Shown: positions 37,201-50,856 of the stretch, piece by piece
How the letters are laid out: the number at the start of each line of letters is the position of its first letter
Position numbering within the stretch: the stretch's first letter is position 1
Assembly: GCF_964355755.1 (NCBI RefSeq)
Contig: NC_092677.1
Coordinates: 16,514,101 to 16,578,100 of the forward strand
DNA: 64,000 nucleotides
Source of the DNA: Antedon mediterranea
Taxonomy: Eukaryota > Animalia > Echinodermata
Direction: 5' to 3'
Notes under the pieces: model-generated
Database searches by the model: none
Told to the model about the DNA's origin: nothing
The model's input: only the letters and a program-made list of their open reading frames with translations
Made by a program: the position numbers and the translations under genes

Positions 37201-39862
37201 AAACACTTTGAAACAGTACTTGCAGAAGGCTTTAGTGAGTTCTAGCATTTAAGACTCTGGTCATAGAGCATTTTTCTGTAATTTAAAGTTTAACATAGAT
37301 ATTGTTTATCAGTAATTTAAAGTTTAACAAAAATATTGTGTATCAGTAATTTAAAGTTTAACAAAGATATTGTTTATCAGTACTTTAAAGGTTAACATAG
37401 ATATTATTATTATTATTTATCAGTAATTTAAAGTTTAACAAAGATATTGTTTATCAGTAATTTAAAGGTTAACATAGATATTATTATTATTATTTATCAG
37501 TAATTTAAAGTTTAACAAAGATATTGTTTATCAGTAATTTAAAGTTTAACAAAGATATTATTTATCAGTAATTTAAAGTTTAACATAGATATTGTTTATC
37601 AGTAATTTAAAGTTTAACAAAGATATTATTTATCAGTAATTTAAAGTTTAACAAAGATATTGTTTATCAGTAATTTAAAGTTTAACAAAGATATTATTTA
37701 TCAGTAATTTAAAGTTTAACAAAGATATTGTTTATCAGTAATTTAAAGTTTAACAAAGATATTATTTATCAGTAATTTAAAGTTTAACATAGATATTGTT
37801 TATCAGTAATTTAAAGTTTAATATACTGTAGATATTATTTATCAGTAATTTAAAGTTTAACGTAGATATTGTTTATCTGTAATCTAAAGTTTAACAGTTC
37901 ACACTAAGGCTATGGCCACTAGCCATACTAATTGTAAGCTATCAACTGCCTTTTCACACGCAAATTCACTAGACAACCAAATTCACTGATGTTCAGGTAA
38001 TTTTAGTGCAAGATCCTAATAAATTGTAGTTTCCAAAAAAGCTTGTATCCTCAGGCAAGGCAATTTATTTATGTTTGCCTCTCTCCACCCGAGTGTACAA
38101 TGGTACTGTACCTAGAAAGGTCATGACACTGATTACTAGCTGCATTATGGGAGTATGTTTTCATTAGTATTTGATCCAAAAATGACCAGAGTAATAACAC
38201 ATACAGAGCTTAGAGGTTCCACAAAATTAGGCATTTTATAAATCGAAAATATTATTATTATTATAGAGCATCAGCAATATTTATGCTTTACGATCATCAT
38301 CCTAATATACCACCTACGTTCAATCCTTCTCTGTGCTATTCCACAGGCCTGTGTTGCTGACCGCTCCACAAACCAGTTATCCCCAAGCAGAACTGTTATC
38401 TCATTTGTGTGTATCAATTGCCCAGGCATGAATGCCATAGGCCCAAATGGCACCTGTATACAAAAAACACAATACATATTTTCATATTATGAATATACAG
38501 CAGTAGTTCTTATCAGGAGGCAAGTGAGTTAATACTCATTTTGACTGGTTCCTCTCTTGGATGTGTTGATGTGTTTGTCAAATGATTGTTTGAAATTATT
38601 TATAATAGTGGTATTGTCTATAACATGTTGTGGTAGCGCGTTTAATTTGTCTATGATTCTTGTGTCAAAAAAGTGTCTCTTGTTCCGTGTTGTAATTGTG
38701 GCTATTTATGAATAATAGGCCTCATAATATAGATTTATAGAGCGTAGTGCACATACCACTCAAGAGTGCCCAAGGATGAACTTTATGAAAAAATATAATC
38801 TGTTCTGGGTCAGCTATAGTTATATAGATATTGATGAGAGCTGAAGATTATCGATAACTAAGTAACTTAAAGAAATTAGTTTGAGGAAGTTGAAAGCGTG
38901 TCAATGAAATGTCACAAGGTATTTATACCATTTGTGTCTGTATTTTTTTTTGGTTCAACAAAAAAGTAATAATTTTTCAGTTTATTAAATAAATTATATT
39001 ATATATACATATACTTATGCAATTGTCAATTGAATGACGCACTATACAACCCACAAGAGAGGTTTGTCTGATGTGTGTCATACCTTATGTATACCATGAC
39101 ACATAATTAGTGATGGACTTTTACAGAACAATGACGCACCATTGACAGTCATTTTTTGGTGACGGTCCCTGCATAATCATTTATTTGTAAATGATGGGCC
39201 TCTCCCAGCAGGGGTCATATAGGGTCATATAGTGTGCCATACAATAACAACAAAAAGTGCATTATACCATAACTTGATGGGTCACTTTGTCTGGCAATGT
39301 TTTTAGACGTTCTTCTAAAGTTTCATAATCACTTTTGAATGATTCCCTGTAAAAAGTAGTAGAGAAGTAGGTTTTATGCATGATGAGGTAATTGTATTAA
39401 TTAAGATAGCATGACACTCAACTCTAACGAATCGCCCTCCCCTCCCCAAGTAGGCTAGAGGGCCTAGACTACTATTACTACTTGGCATACCTAGCTAGGC
39501 CCTACTAGGTAGGCCAAGTAGTAATAGTAGTCAGGCCTACTAGGCTGGAGGCCCTACGGCTAGTAGTAGTACTATGATGCCTAGTAGGCTAGATAGAGAG
39601 GGCCAGGCCGGGGGCCACCAGCCAGGCTAGCTAGCTAGTCTAGGCCTAGTATAGGGCCAGGCCTAGCCCCCAGCCTACTTACTAGCCTAGCTGCTAGAAA
39701 ATGGGCTATTGCTTGAATTTAATGGCTTTTTAATGGCTAGACTTAAGGCAAAAATAATCTAAACTGTATATAAAATACTCACCATTGTTGTAACTTGGAA
39801 AGTGTTTCTTGAAATGCCTTTATTTGCTCTTCTTCGAGCCTTGTTATCTTCGATGAATTCAT
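34254..39862 (-). CDS. URI1: Unconventional prefoldin RPB5 interactor (about 398 aa)
   Basis: Exons 39783-39862, 39268-39346, 38318-38453, 36939-37094, 36628-36729, 35883-36027, 35344-35521, 34848-35045, 34254-34376. Prefoldin-alpha domain TLPDK...MVPFGPMAFMPGQLIHTNEITVLLGDNWFVERSA, an acidic tract, and the C-terminal URI box FTGSVVER...KRVSKFKAAR. Confidence 0.93.
37278..37895. repeat. 34-bp AT-rich minisatellite, about 18 copies, in a URI1 intron
   Basis: Unit AGTAATTTAAAGTTTAACAAAGATATTGTTTATC. Confidence 0.95.
38041..38263 (+). mobile_element. 5'-truncated copy of the SINE at 29845
   Basis: Shares GCTTGTATC..GGCAAG..TTTGCCTCTCTCCACCC, TTTGATCCAAAAATGAC, GCTTAGAGGTT and the (TAT)n tail. 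Confidence 0.75.
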
Positions 39863-40016
39863 CACACACTGGTTTCTATTCTTACAAAAATAACACACCG
39901 TGACCTATTGAAAAATAACGCTGCGTCCTATTGGTTTAAAGTTATTTGTTGTTAAAAAGTGACCAATGACAGATCAGATTATAGAAGTTCCGGAATCAGG
40001 ATAACCATTCAACAAA
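39863..40016. promoter_or_regulatory. Bidirectional promoter shared by URI1 and MRPL3
   Basis: The divergent start codons are only 154 bp apart. ATTGG near 39930 and CCAAT near 39963 face opposite ways, TTCCGGAA lies near 39988, and a YY1-like AAAATGGC overlaps the MRPL3 ATG. Confidence 0.75.
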
Positions 40017-43000
40017 ATGGCTGCCTCCGTGTCCGTCATGCCGTTTTTACGGAGGAGCTGCACATTTCTTAAATGTTTTCCAACTTACGCCGTACGAATA
40101 CAATGTGCATCTAGAAAACCATGGGAACCTCCGAAACATCCGTATGTTCAAATATTAGTACATTTATTGTTTAATTTAATAAGCATAGGCCTATAGAAGG
40201 TACATTTTATAAGACGTCGAGCTAGCTAGGCCTAGGCTAGGCCTAAGTAAGTTATTGTTTTTTGTACAAATAAGAAAGGTTGCCTGCCCGAGTGCCGCAG
40301 CTGACATGGAATGGCTACGAGGTCGTTTCGGCCAAAGACATTTCGACCAGTCAGTAGTCGTTTCGTCTTGTTTTGGCCCTGACAGCTAACAAACTAGGCC
40401 TATAAACAATTTATTATTAATTTATTTAAAAAGTAAAATTTAATGTAGGGGGCCTATTTAATATTAATTAACTAGCCTAGGTTAGGCCTCTAGAGCTAGC
40501 TAGGCCTATATTTCTTGAATTGAGAACTAGGCTAGGCCTAGGTAGTAGTCTATCCTATAATTTGATTTTTTTTAAAATTGTTTTTGATCAATATTAGGAT
40601 TGATTACTTGGCAACCAGACCACTTGATACAACTATTTATGAAAATGACATTACAAAAGAAAACGAAGAATTATTAAAAGAGTGGAACATAAAAAAGCAC
40701 CAGTATGACACAAGTCCACTGAAGGAAGCACCGTGGGAAAAAGGCAAATGGGTACCGAAATCAAAGAGAACAGGTTTAGTTGGAATGAAACTTGGAATGA
40801 TGAGACTATGGAATAAAGAGGGCGAACCATTAGCAACGACCGTAGTTCAGGTATTGCATTACTTAAAGATGTATTGATTGTCCTTTTGACTAATTCTAAA
40901 AAATTTAAAAAAAAAACCAGGCGAAATGTAATCAAATTAATTTACCTATTAATTATGTACACTTTTTGTTTTTGGCTCAAATTTTTTACTTAAAGTGAAT
41001 AACGTTAATATTACTTTTTTTGATATGGCCAATTTAAATTTAGAATATTTTCACCTTTTTTGTGTTTCAAGGGACAATACATCTTTAATACTAGAAATCA
41101 GGAAAGGCAACTTAACTTCAAAACTTTCAGTAATATAAAGCTCTAACCCATTCTGTACATTTATAATTTTCTTGCAGAATATCATTCATTGGCATGATAC
41201 CATAGGCCTACCTTTGATTTACATCTATGCTTATATAGCGCCCTCTATAATTACCGAGAAGGCAGTAGTGATTATATTTGTCGCATTATGCAGAAAAAAT
41301 GTCTTGACCAGTGGCGTAACAGTTGAGCACGTACTGGCTTATGGGGGCCCCCTGAGTAGTGCCCAGAGGAAAAAACAGCCATTAAAATAGGCCTATGTTG
41401 AAAAAGGCTAAAAATGGCCGAAGCCTGTTACGCTACTTCTCTTGACCCGTACTGTAACAGTGCCAATTTAATCAAAAATAGTGTTTTTATTTTATATTTT
41501 TATAAACAATAATAAACAAAAATGTATTCTTGTTTGTTATAGTAACATTTTTATTTGATTTTGTGTGCATTTGTTTTCCAGGTTTTAGAAAACACAGTAC
41601 TGAAGTATGAAAGCCCTGAGGAGTATAAATATAGTTCAAAGCGTGGAAACTACGCTGCATTAACAGTTGGGTCCAAAAACATACCACCGGATTCTGTAAG
41701 TAGAAAGATCTATACAAAGATTGTTGTCATTTATAATTAGACAGTTTTATTATTGTGTAAGTAGTATTCAATAGAATCTATCCTTAATAATTTATTTAAT
41801 AAATATTCAATGTAATATTCTTGTACTGTGCCTTCATCAGTGCTTATTAAACTCAATGATATCTTTGTGCTGGGTGGCTTCAAAGTCTACTCAGCCTAAG
41901 CTTGTTTTTAAGGCCTTCTATTAGAGTCTAAATTCAACACAGCACATACCACTGGATATCGTATCCATTATTTGTTTGTAAGTACCCTTGACAGTGGACA
42001 CCCCACGCTCTACATGTCTCTCGCCACATCATTCTAACCCTTGCTTTATCTGTTTTATTTCAGCGTGACAGAAGCTATATCGAACTGTTTAAAGGAACAG
42101 GTGTCCCTGTTAAAGATTTTTTGGCAACATTTACGATATCTGAAAATGCCAAGCTTCAACCAGGTAACTTTATTTTTATTCTGTATGAGAATTACCAATG
42201 ATGGAAAATTAGGTTTCTTATTGACTGTTTGTTGTCATATGACTCTAAATCAAATTTCCACTGGTTCATTGACCGACCAGTTAGAACACAGTCTATAGTA
42301 ATGCTGTGTGGCTTATTGTTTGTAGGACCAGTTGGAACACAGTCTATAGTAATGCTGTGTGGCTTATTGTTTGTAGGACCAGTTAGAACACAGTCTATAG
42401 TAATGCTGTGTGGCTTATTGTTTGTAGGACCAGTTAGAACACAGTCTATAGTAATGCTGTGTGGCTTATGGTTTGTAGGACCAGTTAGAACACAGTCTAT
42501 AGTAATGCTGTGTGGCTTATGGTTTGTAGGACCAGTTAGAACACAGTCTATAGTAATGCTGTGTGGCTTATGGTTTGTAGGACCAGTTAGAACACAGTCT
42601 ATAGTAATGCTGTGTGGCTTATGGTTTGTAGGACCAGTTAGAACACAGTCTATAGTAATGCTGTGTGGCTTATGGTTTGTAGGACCAGTTAGAACACAGT
42701 CTATAGTAATGCTGTGTGGCTTATTGTTTGTAGGACCAGTTAGAACACAGTCTATAGTAATGCTGTGTGGCTTATGGTTTGTAGGACCAGTTAGAACACA
42801 GTCTATAGTAATGCTGTGTGGCTTATGGTTTGTAGGACCAGTTAGAACACAGTCTATAGTAATGCTGTGTGGCTTATGGTTTGTAGGACCAGTTAGAACA
42901 CAGTCTATAGTAATGCTGTGTGGCTTATGGTTTGTAGGACCAGTTAGAACACAGTCTATAGTAATGCTGTGTGGCTTATGGTTTGTAGGACCAGTTAGAA

Positions 43001-45051
43001 CACAGTCTATAGTAATGCTGTGTGGCTTATGGTTTGTAGGACCAGTTAGAACACAGTCTATAGTAATGCTGTGTGGCTTATGGTTTGTAGGACCAGTTAG
43101 AACACAGTCTATAGTAATGCTGTGTGGCTTATGGTTTGTAGGACCAGTTAGAACACAGTCTATAGTAATGCTGTGTGGCTTATGGTTTGTAGGACCAGTT
43201 AGAACACAGTCTATAGTAATGCTGTGTGGCTTATGGTTTGTAGGACCAGTTAGAACACAGTCTATAGTAATGCTGTGTGGCTTATTGTTTGTAGGACCAG
43301 TTAGAACACAGTCTATAGTAATGCTGTGTGGCTTATGGTTTGTAGGACCAGTTAGAACACAGTCTATAGTAATGCTGTGTGGCTTATTGTTTGTAGGACC
43401 AGTTAGAACACAGTCTATAGTAATGCTGTGTGGCTTATGGTTTGTAGGACCAGTTAGAACACAGTCTATAGTAATGCTGTGTGGCTTATGGTTTGTAGGA
43501 CCAGTTAGAACACAGTCTATAGTAATGCTGTGTGGCTTATGGTTTGTAGGACACAAACATTTTCATTTGCAATTCATAAAGCTCTGTCTACACTATCACA
43601 CTTTATGTGACAAAAAAATGTATATCACTTGGGCATATCACTACCATTATTTGGGCACGTCATACTTTTTTTGTCATCAAACTAGTTTGATAGTGTAGAC
43701 AGAGCTTAACAATGATTGATTTATTTTCAGGTACACCTTTGTTTGCATCACATTTTAGACCAGGAATGAAAATTGATGTTTGTGGGAAAACGTAAGTTCT
43801 ACTATAAACCTCTAAAATATACTAGGAGCCATGTCATTTTATTTCCTTTTTAACTTGTTTTTGCAACTATTTTAATTTTTCTTCCTGTTACTTCATCATG
43901 TGGTAAATAAACAAAAATGATTAACATTTAATATTTTGTAGTAAAGCTAAGGGTTTTCAAGGTGTGATGAAACGATGGGGTTTCAAAGGGCAGCCAGCCT
44001 CTCATGGAGCTACTAAGACACATAGAAGAATCGGTGGTTTAGGAGGTGGAGGGGTAGGTACAATTCTTCCATAAGGACTTAAATTTTCAATGCCATACAA
44101 TGCACAGAATTTAACAAAATTTAAAACTGTGCAGTACAATATAATTCTTTGCATTTATAAATAATACAGTACAATATATATAATATATTATATTACATTT
44201 TTTTATGATGTTCTAGTCGCCCAGTCGAGTCTGGCCTGGAAAGAAGATGCCGGGGATGATGGGAGATAGATGGAGGTGGAAGTATAATTTACAGGTAAGC
44301 ATTGTCTTTATATTTTCCTTTCTTCTAATTTTGAACTTTACTTCCACTACCATCATCTTCATCACTATGTCCACATTTAGAGTTGGAGTCCACTACATAA
44401 CTATTTTTATTTATTTACAATCTTTAAAAAGGATAACCCATGCAGATTCTTCATTAAAAAGTATGGTTCAAACAAAATACTTGAAAACACAATATTGGAA
44501 TTTTCTTTTTCACTGGTGATTTGGATATCAGGAAACAATACTCTATGAAGAACTGTACAATGAAGTATCATGTATTGTTAAATTGCCTTTGATATAAGAT
44601 GGTGCAAATAAATTGATGAAATGATTTTTGTAAAAAAATTCCTCAATTCAGCTTTTGTGTCTGCTACGGATTTGTATTTACCTTTGAATTGTTTTGATGC
44701 TTTTTATTCAGTTGTCATAAAGATACCGAGATATATATAATAGATATTGTTCTCACAATGAATATTTTATTACATTGATAGTCTTTTATAGCTTACATAA
44801 TGATTATTTTTTTCCTTTACCAGATTCTTCGCATTAATACCAAACACAACCTTTTATACATTGCTGGCACTTTCCCTGGATTCAAGTACGATTTTTGCAA
44901 GATTAAAGATTCACAAATTACTCCTCTCACGACTGCACCCCCCTTCCCAACATTCTCTCCAGATTTGGACGAGTCACTGGATGAAGATCTCTACGCTGAT
45001 CAAATTTTTAAATTTTCCGATGAGAGTATAAAATATGAAGAGGAAGAATGA
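40017..45051 (+). CDS. MRPL3: Mitochondrial ribosomal protein L3 (uL3m, about 356 aa)
   Basis: Exons 40017-40141, 40598-40850, 41582-41695, 42064-42163, 43731-43791, 43942-44053, 44217-44294, 44824-45051. Motifs [55 protein letters not shown] and PPFPT. Confidence 0.95.
40867..41084. mobile_element. Kolobok-like MITE with TTAA TSD
   Basis: TTAA-AGATGTATTG..TGTCC ... GGACAATACATCT-TTAA. The same left end occurs at 34421. Confidence 0.7.
42275..43549. repeat. 51-bp minisatellite, 25 copies, in MRPL3 intron 4
   Basis: Unit GACCAGTTAGAACACAGTCTATAGTAATGCTGTGTGGCTTAT(G/T)GTTTGTAG; 1275 bp / 51 = 25. Confidence 0.98.
43580..43706. mobile_element. MITE family A copy
   Basis: TIRs AGCTCTGTCTACACTATCA and TGATAGTGTAGACAGAGCT with TAA flanks. 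Confidence 0.85.
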
Positions 45052-46829
45052 AATGACTGTAGTATTTTAATTTCTTAAAAATCAATTGATTACAAAGAAC
45101 ATCACCAAATTGTAAATGAAATATTGATTGCTAGAATAGCTTAGTATTTGTTTGAATCATCGCAATAATTTGCGATTATTCAGCACTTCTACTAAATGAT
45201 ATGACACTAGGCTATCACACTATTCAATGTTTTATTTTTGTGTTTTACAAGAATTTGTTGTCGCATGTACGATTTTTTTAAATATGCAAGTTTCCATCTA
45301 ATTAATAGGCAGGTTGCATACTCCAGTGAAACAAGCAGATTGTGTGTCACACTATGAGGTACTGTGTCAGTTCAGTATCTTTTGTAAATAAATAAACTGA
45401 ATAACTAACAATCTGTACTGTTTTATAAAATACAGTAATTCAATTTAGAAACATTTTTGTACTGCTGCGATTTCTTGTTTGCAAATGCAATAAATAAATT
45501 GTTTTCCGCCCTCTATATTTTTGCTCATGCCAATATTAATTTGTTTGCCGCCCTCTGTAGTTGTACCAAGTCAAGTCACTCGAGCGAAACGCACATGTAA
45601 AAGGTTTGATTTTGATAGCTCGAGTTTATTTTATGTAAAAAATATTATTTATATTAACCATTTAGGATAAATTATCTGCTTTTCATGTGTCAATATTTGG
45701 TTTAGCCTGCCCTAGGCCTAGCCTAATCTAGTGTGTCGTGAACGGAAGGCCTACTAGGCCTACCGTAATAATATCGTTCAATTCTCCCGACCACCCGCCG
45801 CCAGCTCGACGAGGGCTGGTAGGCCGGACCTAGCTTACACCGGGGCCTATCCTACAAAAATGTAGGCCTAGCACAAAAGTAGACTAGCTAAATAGTCTAG
45901 CGGCCTAGGCCCCTAGCAGCCAAGGCCCAGCCATTCTTAATTATTAAGCCGACCTCTACTCTAGAGTCTATCTAGTATAGGCCTAGCTAGCTACTAGGCC
46001 AATAAATTATTATGAAGTATAAAATGTATTTAAAATTAATACATTTTTACTTCATAATAATTTATTTATAATAATTATTATTTAGTACTCGGTCAGTCTA
46101 ATTACTGAAAACAAAATAAAAAACAAATAAATTCACAATAAAATCTATTTTCATTTAGGCCTAGTAACATTACATACAAGAGTTAATGAGTTACAAAATA
46201 GCATTTTTATTCTTGATTAAACATAATACGAGTACTATTCAGTATATTGTTAACTCAAGTGACGAAAACGCGTAAGCAATGTGCCAATGTTATAGGTGCT
46301 AAAATCATGCTTTGCTTTTGAAAATCGAAATACTGAAAACGAAATGGGTTTATACTTATAGATTCTGTAAGTAAATGTTTGTACGATTTTGAATTGTGTG
46401 CACACTACCATTTCGTAGGGTCTTCCTTGGTTTTGCATGCGCGGTCTTCTCTGTGTATCTTAGCTTTAGAAAAACTCCCATCAGAGAGGGCGACAATAAA
46501 AAAAAATATTGATACAAATTTGTTTTCGGGTTTTTGTTTTGGTACCAGGCCTATAGTAATACTTATTAATAAGGTCTACTTTTGAGTTGTGTGGGCTATC
46601 TACCTAGAGCCTCACTCTAGGGCAGGCTTATCTGGCTATAAATACAGTAGTACTAAGGCCTAATGTAATGCATGACAGTGATTAATGTAAGAATAGCCAC
46701 TGCATAAATTATTTATATCTAGTTTTAAGGGTTGTTAACGTTTAGGGTCTTGATTGTTTGAGGAATTTTAACATACCGGTAATTTTGATTTATTTTCTAT
46801 TTTTAGATATTTGTTTGTATTGCATAGCA

Positions 46830-49800
46830 ATGGCAGTAGTTTTGTGTTGGTGCTCTAAGTACTTTACTCTGCCATTATTTCAAACAGCTCGTCTTTACCA
46901 AACAACTGTTCCTGTTGCAGCTGGGAAAGCTTGGAGAGAAAGGTAGCAAGATAATCATGAGTAACTTGTCTAATAGTGTAGAAAATGAAATTACAACAAA
47001 TATACTGTATATATATATACTGTAATAATACAATTTTCTGGAAATTATTAGTAGTTATAAATTATATAGTGATGGGTTTGAAGATGGGGCTATTTTTGGG
47101 CAACTAAAACTAGGCCATGAATACCAAAAAGTTTACAAGTAATATAGGCCTAGACATTGATCGAAATGTTACCCTACTCTGATGTGCTTTTGTAGTTTGA
47201 GTAACACCAAATAATTTTTTTTGCAAGTGTTCTCACTGTATTATACTTGGTATAAAGTAAAAAAAATATGCCAGAGTAAGGCAAACATCTGTCCAATTAC
47301 TCAACTTCTTGATGCAAAGCTACTGCACAGTAATAGAATTAACATAGCCATACTCCAGGCAGTGAAATACATCCCATTGTGAATTCACTATTTCAGAATG
47401 TAATTGTATTTTTATTTCAGCCAAGGACATGCAAGAACTGGAAATGAATATGGACCTCTGACTGACCTACCAGATTGGTCCTTCGCTGGTATGTACATTA
47501 TTATAATATAGAGCGAGAAGGAAGGACACATGACATCCATGGGCCTGTTTCTGCTGCATAAAAAATAACCGGTTAAAATCGGTGTGAATAAATTAAAATC
47601 GGTGTGAATAAATTAACTCCTGTTTCTTGGCAGCAGAAACAGGACAAATTTGTGGTAACCGGTTAAAAGGCAGCGCAAAATAACCGGTTAAAAACACCAA
47701 TTTAAATCGGTGTTAGAACGCCGTTTAACCGGTTATCGCTGAACAATTCTTAGCTGCAACACGAAATAACGGTTATTTGATTGACAGTTATGACCCCGGG
47801 TCAGATACCGTGAAGTGAACATGTATGTGAGATACCGTGAAGTGAACATGTATGTGGATGAATGAAATCACAAGATATGTTATTCAGTTGTGGGGGGAGA
47901 GAAAGTACGGGGAAGGATGGCAGGCAATAGAAAAGAATCACAGATAATAAATAAGAGCATTTTTGCGAAAGTAAAAGAGGAATTTGGGGTGGAGTTCCGG
48001 GGACTACCCAAGCTAAGCAATTTGAGGCGTTGGTACACGCTCGCGAAGGGTATGGATGGTCCTATATAAACACCAAAACGGAAACAAAAGGGACTCAGAA
48101 TGTTGCAAATACCTACCAAACGAGAGTAAATAATGGTTAATCAATTATGAAAACCCAAATTTTATAGCAAAAATCATCCGAATTTATGTTATAAACGATG
48201 AATTTAGCAACAAAAACTTAATCCAAACGAGCGTATTTTTATGGCACGCCCTTAGTGCCTTTAATAGGAGAACAATCTTACTTTGATCGTTTTACATATA
48301 ATTTTTTTAGAAAAACATCACATCGACCGAAAACAAAGGTTATCAGAGCTTTTGATAATATATTAAATATGATTTTATTAAGCATATAAATGTGTTATTA
48401 TTTATGTTAGTACATAAATATACGAAACAATGTTTAATACTATTATCCTAGGCGATCGGGCGCTGCACGACCCTCCCCATGTTATTGAAGGCGCCATGAG
48501 AATTAATTTTATTAACGATGGTAAGTAGGCTTTACAAAAAAACAAAACTTGTAGACCTGGAGACAACATTTTATTATGTTAACATGTTTAAGATGGCGAT
48601 ATCACACACGTGTGTGTACTGACGTCGATGTAAACAAACAGCCAACTTACTACTTCCGTCTGAGTGTATTGCATTTTGGGTAATGATGACGTTTTGCTCG
48701 ACGACCACCCATAGATTTAACCGGTTATTTCGGAGCACAAATTGAGCAGAAACGCGGTCTTGTTATTGTTATCTATTTTTAATCTATTTTAAAATAACCG
48801 GTTAAATTGCGTTATGCAGCAGAAACAGACCCCATGACAGCTGTGTAACATAAAGTTATAAATGTTGGCGATTGTTTACTTGCAGATGGACGCCCTGCAC
48901 CTATGAGTCGTTCAATCCGGCAAAGACAAGAAATTCAGAGTAACATTGCAGTAAGTCAGATTCCTATAAGTAATATACAGAGTTTTTCATTTTAACCACA
49001 AATACAGCCAGGCAAATAGAACATTGTGCTAAACAATGAAAAGCCTAGCAAGATCGTCCAGACTTGATTTAACCAGAAGTATCAACGTTTTAATTTCACA
49101 AGCTATTAAAGGCCAGGTACGGGCAAAAAATTTCTATTGATCATACATTCCAATAATTATCGATCTTTAGTTTCCCCTATGTTTCATAATTTTTTTTAAT
49201 TTTATTTGTGTTACACGAGCTTGTTGAAAATAAGCACTTTCTTATCAGTGGGGGGATAGTTCAAATTACACAGTAAAATCTCTATTCTTTTGTACACAAA
49301 TTTTGTAAATAGTGAGGCATTTTAAAAAGCTATGAAAAATAAACGGGGTGGTAAAAAATGTTATCAGATGACTAAATATAGGTAATATAACTTGAATATT
49401 ACATTTCTGATATTTTTATTCAACTTTAGATTTTTATTTTCATGCTATAGCAAAAATTATCTACTGTATATCCACCATCTTTTTTCACCGTCTAGGTAGT
49501 CATCAGACATGTTATTACATTAGGTTAACTACCTTACTACTGATAAAAAGTCTTCCTGGTTTTTATGGAAGAATTTTGCCAAATTTTGTATTTGACCATA
49601 TTAAGGGAAATTCATGTTTTTTTGTCTCGATTTCTGTTACAAATATTTGATTTATGTACAATTAACTAAATATTATATTTAAAATTCATGCCTGTACCTG
49701 AGCTTAAGTCTAATTCTTATCTTGTTTATGACTGTACAAAGTCTGAAGCCCTGTCTACACTATCAAACAAAAAAAATGTGATAATGTATGCCCATATATG

Positions 49801-50447
49801 CACATGATATCATATCACTACAATATTTGGGTATATCACACTTGTTTTGTCATAAACTAGTTTGATAGTGTAGACAGCTTTAGAAGGAGTTTTGACTTGA
49901 CTGTCACTTGATGTTTTGATGCCAGAGATGATCGCGAGTAGACAAAATGAAAAACAAGTTGACAATTAGTGTATTTCTTTACGTAGAACGCAACAAGTCA
50001 GCTGTGATAAACAATGACCTGGAGTGCAATGATGCGTAACCCATAAACTTAAAATACGTTCGTTACCAGGCCTCATGACATCAGGTTGATTAAAAATATA
50101 CAGATGGTTTGAGAAAGAAAATGTGACCCCCTCCAAGAAACTTTAAATAAATAATAAGTATTTAAAGGATTTTAAACATAAGCCAGGGATGGTGGAGCGG
50201 TCACATCCCACGGTGAATATTTGCATCAGATCCTAATAATTCATCATCAAATGCTAGAATAACGTGTATAAGCATAAGCAAATATTAATTTTTCTTATAG
50301 GAAAGAGTTCAAATGCTAGGAAATGAGATGTTGACTGCTGTTCAACAAACAAAAGATAAGAAGATAATGAAAGAAAGGGAAAAACAAATATTAGAATCAA
50401 AGAAACTGAAGCCAAAGGGATTAAAAGTGAAGCCATCCAGAAGATGA
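46830..50447 (+). CDS. MRPL52: Mitochondrial ribosomal protein L52 (mL52, about 130 aa)
   Basis: Exons 46830-46942, 47421-47488, 48886-48950, 50301-50447. Signature AGKAWR...[19 protein letters not shown] and C-terminal LKPKG. Confidence 0.92.
47541..48832. mobile_element. 1.3-kb non-autonomous PIF/Harbinger-like element
   Basis: TIRs GGGCCTGTTTCTGCTGCATAA and TTATGCAGCAGAAACAGACCC, a 3-bp CAT TSD on both sides, and several subterminal AACCGGTT palindromes. Confidence 0.85.
49110..49703. mobile_element. Kolobok-like non-autonomous element
   Basis: TTAA-AGGCCAGGTACGGGCA ... TGCCTGTACCTGAGC-TTAA. Confidence 0.6.
49747..49881. mobile_element. MITE family A copy
   Basis: CTGTCTACACTATCAAAC ... 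GTTTGATAGTGTAGACAG. Confidence 0.8.
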
Positions 50448-50856
50448 AAGGGGAAAGAAAAAGAAAATGTCAATCAGGGAAATTGAGACTGAATATTTTA
50501 TTGTAAAAATTTGTAACATCTTCACCATAATTTTCGGTCATAATTTTATCTAAGCTTTTCAGGGGCATGTAAAAAAACATTTTTGTTTACATTGTTAAAT
50601 AACGTTATGTTTATATTATTCATAAACACTCATCTTCAGTACATATAAACTGTAAGGTATGTGTACCGATTTTACATATACACATAAAAAATGGTATTGG
50701 TGACAAAGACCAGAGACACATTGTATGTTTAAAAGTAGAAAGTGTCGATCACTGATAAGTCGCAAGCTGATATAAAAAAAATTAAAGCAACTACAGAGAT
50801 TCACAGACAGTAGTGTGTTAACTTTAACAGACATGAATTGATATTTTGCCATTTCT

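Noticed and set aside
42275-43549. CRISPR-like appearance of the regular array (also 37278-37895)
   Set aside because: Units are head to tail with no unique spacers, there are no cas genes, and the context is a eukaryotic intron.
42192-43698. 454-aa and 489-aa repetitive ORFs on opposite strands
   Set aside because: Both come from the 51-bp minisatellite inside an MRPL3 intron and show no independent gene structure.
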